Origin: Anolis carolinensis
Taxonomy: Eukaryota
Direction of reading: 5' to 3'
NCBI RefSeq assembly: GCF_035594765.1
Contig: NC_085842.1
Span: 169,149,036-169,213,035, forward strand
DNA: 64,000 bases
Positions within the stretch are counted from its first letter, which is position 1. The number at the start of each line of letters is the position of its first letter. Both the position numbers and the translations under genes were made by a program. The notes under the pieces were generated by a model, which was given only the letters and a program-made list of their open reading frames with translations, had not been told where the DNA came from and did no database searches. Positions 12,904 through 25,655 of this stretch are shown one piece after another.

Positions 12904-13609
12904 CAGGGGTCCCCAAACTAAGGCCCGGGGGCCAGATGCGGCCCTCCAAGGTCATTTACCTGGCCCCCGCCCTCAGTTTTATAATATAATATTTTTATAT
13001 CAGTTTTAATAATATATTGTATATACATATAATATTGATAATAATATTATGTTATACAATATAATACTAATAACAATACCATATAATAATATTAATTATA
13101 TGTTATATATTACATATTATATAATAATATAGTGATATAGTTCAATATAATAATATATAACGCTAATATTGTACTATGCTAATAATATAATATATTGTTT
13201 GTACATACAGCTGCTCTGAGTCCCCTTCGGGGTGAGAAGGGTGGGATATAAATGTAGTAAATAAATGCAGTAAATAAATAATTAATTTTAGACTTCGGCT
13301 CGGCCAAAGTCTGAAATGACTTGAAGGCACACAACAACAACAATCCTAATTAACTTGACTATCTCATTGGCCAGCAGCAGGCCTACACTTTCCATTGAAA
13401 TCCTGATAGGTTTATGTTGGTTAAAATTGCTTTTATTTTTAAATATTGTATTGTTCTTTCGTTGTTGTTGTTGTTGTTGCACTACAAAGAAGACATGTGT
13501 AGTATGCATAGGAATTTGTTTGTATTTTTTTTTCAAATGATAATTCGGCCTCTCAACAGTCTGAAGGATTGTGGACCGGCCCTCTGCTTTAAAAGTTTGA
13601 GGACCCCTG
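12904..13609. mobile_element. hAT non-autonomous transposon
   Basis: CAGGGGTCC...GGACCCCTG TIRs and a perfect 8-bp TSD GCTTAGAG. Confidence 0.9.
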
Positions 13610-13739
13610 GCTTAGAGATTCCAGGGGCTTAGTGAGAAAAAGTATTTATCTGTCTTTCTGTCTCCTTTCTCTCTCTTTCAGTTCTGCTCAGTTAATGTTG
13701 GAACATCGCTATGGGGCAGAGATATTATTATTGACCACC

Positions 13740-14045
13740 TGAATATTAATCCAACCAACCAGAGCACATTCCTGGACCACCCACAGGGTACATGGCTACA
13801 AGAAGTCCACAGATACAGTCAGTATGTTTGGGGAGGAGAGGAGGGAGAGGGAAGAGTCAATGGCAGAGCTCTGGGAACTGCAGTCACTGCTTTAGAGGGG
13901 TGGCTATTGCCCGAAGGAGCTGGGAGCTGCTCCCGCCCACCTCAATTCTTATCACCAGCTGATCCCCAGGTCACATGCTGGACGCCAGAGCTCTGTCACT
14001 CTCTCTGCCCTGATCTTTCCAGGCACCAGTCCCTGCAGCTCAGCC
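13740..14045 (+). promoter_or_regulatory. RDH8 proximal promoter / 5' UTR
   Basis: CRX/OTX-type TAATCC at 13747-13752 and GC box CCGCCC at 13933-13938; unique sequence directly upstream of the ATG. Confidence 0.5.
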
Positions 14046-14151
14046 ATGGCCAAGGCAACTCCGCGCACTGTGCTCATCACCGGCTGCTCCTCGGGCATCG
14101 GGCTGCGTATGGCTGTGCAGCTGGCGCAGGATCCTGGCAAGCGATTTCACG
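14046..14151 (+). CDS. RDH8: RDH8 exon 1 (MAKATPRTVLITGCSSGIGLRMAVQLAQDPGKRFH), SDR cofactor-binding TGxxxGxG motif
   Basis: ATG in a strong context (GCCATGG) at 14046; TGCSSGIG Rossmann motif; donor G|GTGAG at 14152; closely resembles the vertebrate RDH8 N-terminus. Confidence 0.95.
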
Positions 14152-15132
14152 GTGAGACCAAAGCATCCAAAAGGGAATGGGAGCTGGGTTGGTGTGACTG
14201 GATGCTCCTTTAGAGGGGAGAGAGCAGCTGGCTAAAGGGGAAAAGAAAGAAATGGTGTGGTGGGAAGGATGTTTCGATAGCTTTAGTATAACAACCCCCA
14301 AGCATCGTTTCTAATGCTCAACCCTCATTGCTCAAAAGAAGCAGTGGCAGAGCCAGAGGCTGGGTGATAACTTTATCAGGTGAGGGAGAAGGGCCCCACA
14401 TGATGCTATTAAAAGAGATGTATTAGAAGAACCCAGGGTGTCTCTTTTAAAGTCGTGCATGAATTGACTGAACTCCGTAACAGCCTGCCACAGATTATGA
14501 GAGTGCTGCCACACCCACTCTTGACTCTTCAACTCCGTTGCTCACCCAGTCTGGTACCCACTTTGTCCAAACCCTTCTACCAAATCTTCCTGGTATTTTG
14601 CATGCTCATTTTATTCCCTCTTCATTCCCAACAGCCCCACATTGCCCTACCAGCTAGCCTTCCTGCTCTCCCTCTCAGATCTTTCCACCATCACACCCCT
14701 TTGCTTTCTTTATTCATACTGTCCAGTAGAAGAAAGCAATTTCTTTTGTCCTGTATTTGGTGCCGATTTAGGTACAAAGGGCACTTGTGTAACTACTTAC
14801 AAATGACCGGGTGGGGGGGGGGAGGGTGATGTCTCATTAAGAACGTTACCACAGGCCAACTCCTCTTCTTTCTCCCTCCTCCACAAACACCCTTCTCCAC
14901 TCCTGCCAATTTTGCTCTCTCTGCTATGAGGGTGGGTGGTTTGCAAAACAAGATGCCTTGTGCTACTTACATAGTTAAGTAACTGGATCAATGAAGCACT
15001 GAGTCCAAAGGGCATCAGAGATAGAGAGCAAACCACAGGCCTGTTAGATAATGCTTCGGAAACTGATACATAAGTGATCTTCTGAGAATTGTACCTTTCT
15101 TTCCTGGCTCTCTTTTTGCATAATAATTGCAA

Positions 15133-15268
15133 AAGGCCACCCTACTGGGATCTGCGCGCATCATCCGAAAATACATCACACAGTCCTAGACACTTGGGAA
15201 GTGTTCGGCTTGTGATTTTGTGATACAAAATCCAGCATATCTATCTTGTTTGATGTGTTATACAATAA

Positions 15269-15318
<50 letters not shown>
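15133..15318 (+). mobile_element. R4/Dong-like short 3' end with (TAA)n tail
   Basis: Matches the 3' ends of the copies at 2193 and 6754. Confidence 0.8.
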
Positions 15319-15319
<1 letters not shown>

Positions 15320-15334
15320 TTTACTTATATCAGG

Positions 15335-15670
15335 GGCCCCTGGTGGTGGCGCAGTGTGTTGAAGCGCTGAGCTGCTGAACTTGCAGACCGAAAGGTCCCA
15401 GGTTCAAATCCCGGGAAAGGAATGAGCGCCCGCTGTTAGCCCCAGCTCCTACCAACCTAGCAGTTCGAAAACATGCAAATGTGAGTAGATCAATAGGTAC
15501 CGCTCCGGCGGGAAGGTAACGGCGCTCCATGCAGTCATGCCAGCCACATGACCTTGGAGGTGTCTACGGACAACTCCAGCTCTTCGGCTTAGAAATGGAG
15601 ATGAGCACCAACCCCTAGAGTCAGTCATGACTGGACTTAACGTCAGGGGAAAACATTTACCTTTTACCTT
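15335..15670 (+). mobile_element. Sauria SINE
   Basis: Full-length family match. Confidence 0.9.
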
Positions 15671-15995
15671 ACTTATATCCTGCCCCCTCTCCAAACAGGG
15701 CGCAGGGCAGCTTATCATATGCTTTGCACCAAAGAGGCATCACAATGCAAAGTGCAAAGAAAAACACCGCTTTGCCCTGATCTCACAACTGCAGGCTATA
15801 AAACATATTACCCATCATACACGGCTGCCTCATAGCCTGTAGTTGGACATGTGTACAATGCATGCTAAATATGCAAAGTTCATAAGGACGGAGCTGCTTT
15901 GCCTGGTGGACCAAAGGTCCTGTTTTCAAAAGTGACCAGACAAGTGACACTGTGAAGTTCACTGAATGAGAACTGTCAGTGCTCTGTTTTTTAGA

Positions 15996-16130
15996 GTAGT
16001 GATTTTCAACCTGTTGGTCTCCAGGTGTTTTGGCCTATAACTCCTAAAAATCCCAGCCAGTTTACCAGCTGTTAGGATTTCTGGGAAGTGAAGGCCAAAA
16101 CATCTGGAGACCCACAGGTTGAGAACCACT
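15996..16130. mobile_element. About 134-bp palindromic hAT-type MITE
   Basis: CAGTGGTTCTCAACC-type TIRs; further copies at 17448-17582, 21402-21535, 23455-23588, 41880-42013 and 55397-55530. Confidence 0.8.
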
Positions 16131-16603
16131 GATTTAGCAGAAGTCTGTAGATGGAATTTCTTTTAGTTATATTGAGTAATAATCGTAGGTAGACCTATCT
16201 TCTGTCAGTATTTTGAGTAGCAAAAAGTCTGCTAAGCTAGTGACCATTACTACATAAAAGGTATATTATATATACATCAAGAAGTTTCTTGCACCCAGAC
16301 CCGTAGCCAGGATTTTGATTCGGGGGGGTGGGGGGTTGAGTCTGAGTGAGAGAGGATCTACCCTAGCAAACCTTTTGTATCATTATCCCAATACCCCCAT
16401 GCATATGGGATATATTGAGCATGGTGATCAGATCATGATAGGAATAACCATAATAGTACCAGTAAGGCCTTCTCGCAGACCACCTTGAGAATTGGGGGGG
16501 GGGGGTCTGAGAGTGACGCGGGTCTTTAAGACGGCATTTAGTCCAAAGTGAATGGTAACACTTAGCAATTTGAGGGGAAAGGTGAAAGTTTCTAAGCTAT
16601 TAA

Positions 16604-16912
16604 AAGGTAAAGGTTTTCCCTTGACGTTAAGTCCAGTCATGTCTGACTCGGGGGGTTGGTGCTCATCTCCATTTCTAAGCCGAAGAGCCAGCGTTGTCCG
16701 TAGACACCTCCAAGGTCATGTGGCCGGCATGACTGCATGGAGCACTGTTACCTTCCCACCTGAGCGATACCTATTGATCTACTCACATTGGCATGTTTTC
16801 AAACTGCTAGGTTGAAGGGAGCTGCAGCTAACAGCGGCCGCTCACGCCGCTCCCGGGGACCTTTCCGTCTGCAAGTTCAGCAGCTCAGTGCTTTAACACA
16901 CTTCGCCACCAG
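16604..16912 (-). mobile_element. Sauria SINE
   Basis: Family match. Confidence 0.9.
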
Positions 16913-18039
16913 GGTTATTACAGCTCAGAAAAGTGGGAATCAAGATATTTCAGACTTGTATTGATTTTCATGAATTTGTTACAAGCAATTTCCTCTATGT
17001 CTCATCTTCTATCTTTGTAGAAATGTACACTATGCCAGGTCTCAGGCTTTTTGTTCCTCAACCTAGTGTCCATTATACTGACTGGCATGAAATGGCAGAC
17101 AGATGCTATTGCCACCTATTCTAGTCTTTTCATGTTTTAAAGGAAGATGCCAGAAACTGAATTGAGACTTTCTAGATACAATACACTGTTTTTAAACTAT
17201 GACTCCTCCTTAAAAGCCCAAAGTGCTAAACATGGTGTTACTCACAAAACCAAGGTGGTAGTGAGGATATATAATTATCTACCTAACAGGGTTGTTATAC
17301 CAATTAGTACTCAAAAGTATATTAGTATTATATACAACCCCCAAAAAACTATCTGCAAACAAGTATAGTAGAGGTAGGGAAGCCATGTCCCACCAGATTG
17401 TATTGAACTCTGTTGGTCTTTGCCACCCTGACATGATGGGAGTAATGCAGTAGTTCTCAACCTGTGGGTCCCCAGATGTTTTGGCCTACAACTCCCAGAA
17501 ATCTCAGCCAGTTTACCAGCTGTTAGAATTTCTGGGAGTTGAAGGCCAAAACATCTGGGGTCCCACAGGCTGAGAACCACTGGAGTAGTGGCTCACCAAT
17601 ACTAGGAAAACCATGGGCTCAGTAGTTCTACAACACCTCTATTTACAGTTTGTTTTTGTTGTCCTTTCCTTCCCATCATTTCTAACCTAGGAGCCGCAGT
17701 GGCACAATGGGTTAAACCTTTGTGCTGACTGAGCTGCTGACCTGAAGGTTGGCGGTTCAAATCTGTGAGACAAGGTAAATTCCCATCTGTCAGCCCTAGC
17801 TGACAGAGGAGGCATTTCTTTTGCCTTCTTCTGAGGCTGAGAGAGTCTGACCTGCCTAAGATCACCCAGTGCATTTCATAACTGAGTGAAGATTCAAACC
17901 CTGGGCTCCAGAGTCAATACTCCAATTCTCAAACCACTACACCGCTCTGGCAAAGCTAAATAATAAATAGTGAACTTTACCGAGACTTCCCATACATATG
18001 TGTATGTATAATGTCTTACTTTTTCTCATGATAAGTCAT

Positions 18040-18334
18040 AGAGACATACACACAAACATTGCTTGTTCCCTTGGCAGAACAGAGTTCCTCCTCTGGACGC
18101 AGGGTTTGATGACCCCCGGCCCCAATCTTTATCAGCACAAAGGGGATTAGCTACATAGGGATTTGGCGTCATGAACCCAAAGCAGCTTACAATGCATGAA
18201 TCCTCAATTGCCCTCCTGACCCCTGGGAAAGAGACAGCATTCTCTGCTTCTGAGCCAGCCAATTTAGACCCTTCTGCCAATCCCAATGGGTTTAAAGCTG
18301 CAGCAGAGCAAATAGCCCCGGTGTGTGTGCAGCG
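18040..18334 (+). promoter_or_regulatory. Candidate intronic photoreceptor enhancer or alternative promoter
   Basis: GGGGATTAG (CTAATCCCC on -) at 18142-18150; TCAGCA (TGCTGA Maf/NRL half-site on -) at 18132-18137; four CCAAT; TTTAAA at 18291. Confidence 0.35.
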
Positions 18335-18537
18335 NNNNNNNNNNNNNNNNNNNNNNNNNNNNNNNNNNNNNNNNNNNNNNNNNNNNNNNNNNNNNNNNNN
18401 NNNNNNNNNNNNNNNNNNNNNNNNNNNNNNNNNNNNNNNNNNNNNNNNNNNNNNNNNNNNNNNNNNNNNNNNNNNNNNNNNNNNNNNNNNNNNNNNNNNN
18501 NNNNNNNNNNNNNNNNNNNNNNNNNNNNNNNNNNNNN
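18335..18537. other. Assembly gap
   Basis: Run of N. Confidence 1.
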
Positions 18538-18853
18538 TGGTGGTGCAGTGGATTAAACTGCTTAGCTGCTGAACTTGCAGACCAAAAAGTTGGCAATTTG
18601 AATCCAGGGAGTAGAGTGAGCTCCCGCTGTTAGCCCCAGCTTCTGCCAACCGAGCAGTTCAAAAACATGCAAATGTGAATAGATCAATAGGTACTACTCT
18701 GGTGGGAAGTTAATGGTGCTCCATGCAGTCATTCCAGCCACATGACATTGGAGACGTCTACAGATAATGCCGGCTCTTTGGCTTAGAAATGGAGATGAGC
18801 ACCAACCCCCAGAGTTCCCCTTAGTGTCAGGGGAAAACCTTTACTTTTACCTT
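18538..18853 (+). mobile_element. Sauria SINE
   Basis: Family match. Confidence 0.88.
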
Positions 18854-19241
18854 AAGCTCTCATAGACAGAAAGGCACATTGGAGAGTGTCACTTAACTAC
18901 ATCACCTGTCACTAATTTTATAAGTGATGATTATGATGAAGCCAATTGTCATGTTAATGGATACCAAAGTGGTACACAAAGGCACAACCACATATATTCT
19001 AATCCCAGTTTCTGAAAATGTTTAGTTTCCTCTTTTTTAAGTAACATGTCTCTAGTCCTCATGAAGATCCAGTGAAAACATCATAAACTGTGTGCTGCTC
19101 AGTTTGGTTCAATAAGAAGTGAACCCCTTCTGGATTTTCAGCTGTACTTTAAAAAAGGAAAACCAGCTTGTTCAGCAAATCTTGTAAATGCTGATTTATT
19201 ATTAGTAACTGTTTGATTTTTATACTTATTTTATATACCTA

Positions 19242-21251
19242 CTAGCTGTGCCCGGCCACGCGTTGCTGTGGCGAAGTCTGGTGGTATGGGAAATAAAGTA
19301 TTGGGGAATTGGTGGTAGTTAAGGTAAAGGGTAAAGGTTTTCCCCTGACATTTAAGTCCAGTCGTGTCTGACTCTGGGGGTTGGTGCTCATCTCCATTTC
19401 TAAGCCGAAGAGCCGGCGTTGTCCGTAGACTCCTCCAAGGTCATGTGGGATGACTGCATAGAGCGGCGTTACCTTCCCGCCGGAGCAGTAACTATTGATG
19501 CACTCACATTTACATGTTTTTGAACTTCTGGGTTGGCAGAAGCTGGGGCTAACAGTGGGGGCTCTCTCCGCTCCCCCAATTCAAACCTGCGGCCTTTCGG
19601 TCCAGAAGTTCAGCAGCTCAGCGCTTTAACACGCTGCGCCATCAGGGGATATAATTTCCTAAAGGTTGTGAATATACAATGTTTCTGATTGGGTTTTTTT
19701 GTTTGTTGGAGGCAAGTATGAATGCTGCAATTAGGAAAAATGATTAGGATGTAATGGCCTTGCAGCTTTAAAGCCTGGCTGCTTCCTCCCTGAGTGAATT
19801 TTTTGTTGGGAGGTGTTAGCTGGCTCTGATTCTTTCCTGTCTGGAATTCCCTTGTTTTCAGAGTGGTGTTGTTTGCAATATTTTATGTGCTTCTACTGTC
19901 TGTGGCCCTGAGAAAACAGAGGATTCGCCAGACTTTGATGATGGGAATACTTTGTTGGGAGGTGTTAGCTGGCCCTGATTGTTTCCTGTGTGGAATTCCC
20001 CTGTTTATTTACTGTCCTGGTTTTAGAGATTATATTGTTCTGCATTATTCTATCCCAGTAATTATTTCATATTAAAGTAGAATCTCACTTATCCAACATT
20101 CACGTATATAATGTTCTGGATTATCCAACGCAGTCTGCCTTTTCATAATCAATGTTTTTGTAGTCAGTGTTTTAAATTCATTGTGATATTGTAGTGGTAA
20201 ATTTGTAAATACAGTACAGTAGAGTCTCACTTATCCAACATAAACAGGCTGGCAGAATATTGGATAAGCGAATATGTTGGATAATAAGGAGGCATTAAGG
20301 ATAAGCCTATTAAACATCAAATTAGGTTATGATTTTACAAATGAAGCACCAAAATATCATCTTAGACAACAAATTTGGCAGAAAAAGTGGTTCAATACAC
20401 AGTAATGCTATGTAGTAATTACTGGATTTATGAATTTAGCACCAAAATATCACAATATATTGAAAACATTGACTACAAAAATGCATTGGATAATCCAGAA
20501 CGTTGGATAAGCGAGTGTTGGATAAGTGAGACTCTACTGTAATTACTACATAGCATTACTGTGCATGGAACTACTTTTTCTGTCAAATTTGTTGTATAAT
20601 ATGATGTTTTGGTGCTTAATTTGTATAATGATTACCTAATTTGATGTTTAATCGGCTTTTCCTGAATCCCTTCTTATTATCCAACATATTCACTTATCCT
20701 GCTGGCCTGTTTACGTTGGATAAGTGAGACTCTACTGTATATTGATAATCTTATATTATCTGCTCAGAACTGGATTATCTGAGGCCCCTTCTTCACAGCT
20801 GTATAAAATGCCCACTGAAGTGGATTATATGGCAGTGTGGAGTCAAGATAATCCAGTGCAAAGCAGATAATATAAGATTATAAATGGGTTATATAGCTGT
20901 GTGGAAGGGCCTTGAGTCTACACTGCCATATGATCCAGTTAAAATCAGATAATCTGTGGAAGAAGCCTAAGTGAGGCCTAAATCAGCCTGTCCCCTAACT
21001 GAAGCCTGGCTGTCCCTTGGCTGGTTGCTAGGCAACCAAGTGGGCAGAGATTAGCCCTCTAAACTGGCAGCAATTGGATAAAAACAATTATTGCTCTCCC
21101 TCTAATTAGGACTTTATTTTTCTTTTCTTTTTGTTGTATCAACCTGGAGGCGTGGATGATGGGTTGTGTTGTCAAATTTCGAGGTTGCGGGGCCTGTACT
21201 TTTGTTGTTTTGTCCACTGCCCTGATGCCATCACTCTTTTATATATATAGA
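19242..21251 (-). mobile_element. Non-autonomous Helitron containing Sauria SINE, Penelope-like fragments and nested Tc1/pogo MITEs
   Basis: CTAG at 19242 and TC start at 21251 on -, at an A/T target; both ends homologous to 4685-5241. Confidence 0.8.
20077..20737. mobile_element. Tc1/pogo-type MITE with an inverted copy of the same family nested at 20217-20539
   Basis: CAGTAGAGTCTCACTTATCCAA TIRs; TA duplication. Confidence 0.85.
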
Positions 21252-21881
21252 TGTACTTAGGATAATATCCACATTTCTCAGGTGGAAAAGGGTTTCAAGT
21301 GGAAAAGGTTTAAGAAGCCCTGCTGTAATTAATAAATGCAAAGCTGCTGAGGTGACACACGATATTGCAAAGTATTATTTTTAATGCATTAATTTCATTT
21401 CCAGTGGTTCTCAACCTGTGGGTCCCCAGGTGTTTTGGCCTACAACTCCCAGAAATCCCAGCCATTTTACCAGTTGTTAGGATTTCTGGGAGTAGAAGGC
21501 CAAAACATCTGGGGACCCAAACGTTGAGAACCACTGCGGACCTAAACATTATGTGATGGATCTAGATGTGTGTAAGCTGAAAAGCTGGTATAGTATAGTG
21601 GTCTGAGTGCTGGACTAAGGATCTGGGAAACCAGAGTGAGAATCCTCATTCAGCCATGGAAGCCCATTGGATCACTCTGGGCAAGTCATTACTCTCTCCA
21701 CTCAGAGGCATGGCAAGCCACCTCTGAAGATCTTGTGAAAGATTCACCTTAAAGATGCCAGAAGCAATGAATAAGCTGATAATGTTTTTCTCCATTAATT
21801 TGCTCAACCTCCCTTCTCCTATGAACTGTCTCTCCACCACGCAACATGTGGCTAAGTTCCTGTGTAACTTCTGCCTTGCAG

Positions 21882-22043
21882 TCATTGCCACCATGCGTGA
21901 CCTGCGCAAGAAAGACAAACTGGAGGCAGCTGCAGGGGACACGCTCAACAAGACTCTCACCATCCAGCGCCTTGACGTCTGCAATGACGAGTCTGTAACT
22001 GAATGTATCAACAGCCTTCCTGGAAAACAGCTGGATGTGCTAG
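21882..22043 (+). CDS. RDH8: RDH8 exon 2 (VIATMRDLRKKDKLE...LDVCNDESV...QLDVL)
   Basis: Acceptor TTGCAG at 21876-21881, donor GTAGGT at 22044; phase 1/1, in frame with exon 1; lies inside ORF 21755..22075. Confidence 0.95.
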
Positions 22044-22384
22044 GTAGGTACTTTGGACGGGTGAGCAAAATGTAACTCCCCAAGCTGTTGCCAAACTTAT
22101 TTTATTATTATTATTTATTTATTTACCTCATTTGTATCACACGCCTTTCTCCACCCCAAAGGGGACTCAAGGCAGCATACACAGGCACTTATTCAGGACT
22201 ACAAAACACATATTAAACATACATTTAAAATATTGACAAAATTAAAATTCATACAATAACATTAAAAACCAGACAATCAATTAAAATCACGCTGTCCCAA
22301 AAATCATAGTCTAAATTTCAGCCTCCACTGCTCCAGGCTAAGCCTTCATGGAAGCTGCAGTTCAACCCGTTCGGGTTTTCTGTG

Positions 22385-23615
22385 TGTGTGTCAGGAGCGA
22401 CTTGAGAAACTGCAAGTCGCTTCTGGTGTCAGAGAATTGGCTGCCTGCAAGGATATTGCCCAGGGGACTGTCAAGATGTGGGAGAAGGGATTTTTTTCAT
22501 TAATTATATTATTATATGTTTTATATCCACTGCCACCAGTTGTGGAGATCTCAGGCAAAGGGGAATTTCTTTTTCAACCTTTTCTTTCTCTTCTTTTAAT
22601 TCTCTTTAGATGGTAGTGTTACTTAAGTTTAGGATATGTGTGACAGAGGCTTGGATGTTGAAAGATAACAAGTTTATTTCAGGCACAGAGCTTGGTTACA
22701 ATAATTTCTTTAAGGCACTTAAATAACTGTTACAAATAGATGTTGAGGTGTTCCAACTTCCACAATACTTTCTCCTCTTCAATCAAAACTATTAACTGAT
22801 CTCTTGGATCTACTGGGATTACTTCCCCTTACTTCTCAGCCTCTACACATAACCCTAAACAAGTCACCCAACTTGCTTAGTCTGGCACTATTAGAGGTCT
22901 GCTTCCCTGGTTTCCCTAATCTGGAACCAGTGTCTTTCCCCTGTGACTAAAAATCACAGACTACCTAAAATAAGTCACCTTATTTTAGAATTGACTCAAA
23001 TTCCCTCATTTGAGCCACCCTGATCCTCCAACTGAGAATCAGTCTTCACTGTAATTTCACCATTACAGACTAAACTGTTTTTAAAACATTCCCTCCTTTT
23101 TTCCTTCAATTGGCGGTTAGCTCTGCCTCCGTTGCTATGGCAACCTGCCTCAGAATGCTAAGCTGGTTACCTTCCCCCACGTATTGTTAACTCTAATACT
23201 TACCCATTTTAAACATAGCCAAACATGACTTTTAAAACACAATTAAACATGACATCTATAAATAAAAACACACTTCTTTACAAGGACGCCCGGATGTTTG
23301 ATGTTTTACCATCCTGTGGGAGGCTTCTTTCCGCACAGGGAGCTGGAGCTGACAGAGCAAGCTCATCCACACTACCCCTGGGTTCGATTCGGCAACCTTC
23401 AGGTCAGGAACCCAACCTTCAAGTCAGCAGTTCTGCTGGCACAAGGGTTTAGCCCAGTGGTTCTCAACCTGTGGGCCCCCAGATGTTTTGGCCTACAACT
23501 CCCATAAATCCCAGCCAGTTTGCCAGCTGTTAGGATTTCTGGGAGTTGACGGCCAAAACATCTGGGGACCCACAGATTGAGAACCCTGGTTTAATACATT
23601 GTGCCACCAGGGGTT
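22385..23615 (-). mobile_element. tRNA-derived SINE (family B, unnamed) interrupted by an LTR-like insertion and a hAT MITE
   Basis: The two halves join as ...CCCAGGGGAC|GCCCGGATG, as in the copies at 34396-34660 and 63185-63461. Confidence 0.75.
22469..23282. mobile_element. Probable solo LTR (814 bp)
   Basis: TG...CA termini; 5-bp TSD GGGAC/AGGAC; cleanly splits a SINE. Confidence 0.75.
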
Positions 23616-24927
23616 CCCAGTTCATCTGTTGCAATGCACTTTGGTTACCCTTGTATTTTAGCCAGAGACCTCACTGCTCCTATCTATCAGAGTATAGGGT
23701 ATACTTCACTTCACTTTATTTCTTAATTAGTCGCTCTCCACCAGAGTGCTCGAGTGACTTACAATTTAAAATATCATTCCACAATATAAAAACATTCAAC
23801 ATAAAAACATTCAACAGTGACTATTTGGCAAATTAGATCTGATTTACTTAAATGCACAACCAAACAGCCAAGTCTTGAGCAAGTCTATACAATGGTTGAT
23901 GCTGGGGGTGAGAATAATGTAATAGAGGACACTCTTTACTCTATTAAGTATGTGCTTTGTAAATCATCTACTGCAGCAAGGCTAATACAACAACTCTATT
24001 ACCTAACTGAACTTTAAGTACTAGGTAATTCAGAATACGCATACATTTTGATAACATTAACAGGTTTCATAAGCAGGGTTCTCTACACCTTCTAAGAGGC
24101 TCTTAATTCAAATCTGCAACAGACTTTTTCTGTGCCTAAGGAAACACACCAAAGCATGGGAAACCTAATCTATATACAAAAAGAAGGAAGTGGATAGTCA
24201 CTTCATTCTACCAAAACAAACACTTTATTCGCCTTTTAAAATCCTACTCTTCCTCCAAGGAGTATCAAGCGAAATACAAAGGTCTCCTCTCCCCGACATT
24301 ATCTTCATAGCAGTCTATAAAGCGGCTTGGGCCAAGAAAAAGTGAAAAGGAGAGAAATAGCAGACCCAGGTTACCCAGCAAGGTTTGTAGCTGAGTAAGG
24401 ACTTCAGGCAAAGTCTCTTGAATTCAGTCCCAACCTTAATTACTGAACCAGACTGACTTTTAAAAATACAACAAAAACTAGCAAAAGACGTGCTAAAATT
24501 CACCATTGGAAGAAGGTAGTGGATAATCAGGTAAAAAAGGAGCAAGTCCATTAAAAAGAATCTCTGCACCCTTTTTGTTCAAACCAGAATCTATGAGTCA
24601 GAAAGTGGACATTTTCCACATCCCCAGTTGCAAGAATTATGTTCCTTCTAATCCCTGATATTTTTCTTGGAGTATGTTTGAGGAGGAACACCAGTGTGTA
24701 ACGGAAGCAGGGCTCACATGCTCAAAGCTACAGGTCCTTCTTTACCACCCTGCATGAACTTACGGTACCTGGTTCCCATTCTTTTGGGTGATTTTGTCTT
24801 AAGCAAGCAAGACCTATTGACTTTACAAAAGACCCCCTTCTTGAGAAAATAAAAAACAAAACACCAAAACATAGTTCAAAACAAGTCCATGAAATCTGGA
24901 CTTTTGTTGTGGGCTACACTGTAAGTA

Positions 24928-25238
24928 GGAGCCCCCGGTAGCACAGCAGATTAAACAGCTCAGCTGATAAACTTTCTGACTGAAAAGTTGGTGGTTCGAA
25001 TCCAGGGAGCAGAGGGAGCTCCTGCTCTTAGCCCCAGCTTCTGCCAACCTAGCAGTTCGAAAACATGCAAATGTGAGTAGATAAACAGGTACTGCTCCGG
25101 TGGGAAGGCAACATCACTCCATGCAGTCATGCTGACCACATGACTTTGGCTCTGTGGCTTAGAAATGGAGCTGAGTACCAACCCCCAGAGCTGGATATGA
25201 CTACATTTAATGACAGGGAAAAACCTTTACCTTTACTT
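24928..25238 (+). mobile_element. Sauria SINE
   Basis: Family match. Confidence 0.88.
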
Positions 25239-25578
25239 ACACTGTAAACATTTTTATGATGAGCACCAGAACATCAAACTTTGCCATGACATAACTGAAG
25301 AATACCGAACTGAAAACTTACTGGGACATAGGATTGGAGCGCAAGGACATCTCAGTGGGCAAACTTGGGTTATTTACCGTACTCTCAGACTAACCTACCT
25401 TAAAGGGTGCTTTGAGGTTATAAAGAATCAATTCACACATTCCATAAACAAACAGATATGAATCCCCCCAGACCAGGAACTACCGTACTTTTACATGAGA
25501 ATGTACTGGGGTGGGAGGAAGGTTGACTTTATGCATTCACTTATATCGGTATATATTATTCACTTGCTTTCATTTATA

Positions 25579-25655
25579 CAGGGTGTTTGAAAAAGAACTC
25601 CCTAGTTTTAATGTGTTTTAACTTAAAACTAGGGAGTTCTTTTTCAAACACCCTG
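25579..25655. mobile_element. 77-bp mariner-type hairpin MITE
   Basis: Perfect inverted arms CAGGGTGTTTGAAAAAGAACTCCCTAGTTTTAA; TA flanks. Confidence 0.85.

Noticed and set aside
1-13700. Expected first exons of COL5A3, the head-to-head neighbour of RDH8 in human as I recall
   Set aside because: No signal-peptide, TSPN or Gly-X-Y coding exon recognised; the exon-like stretch at about 1204-1452 on - has stops in all three frames
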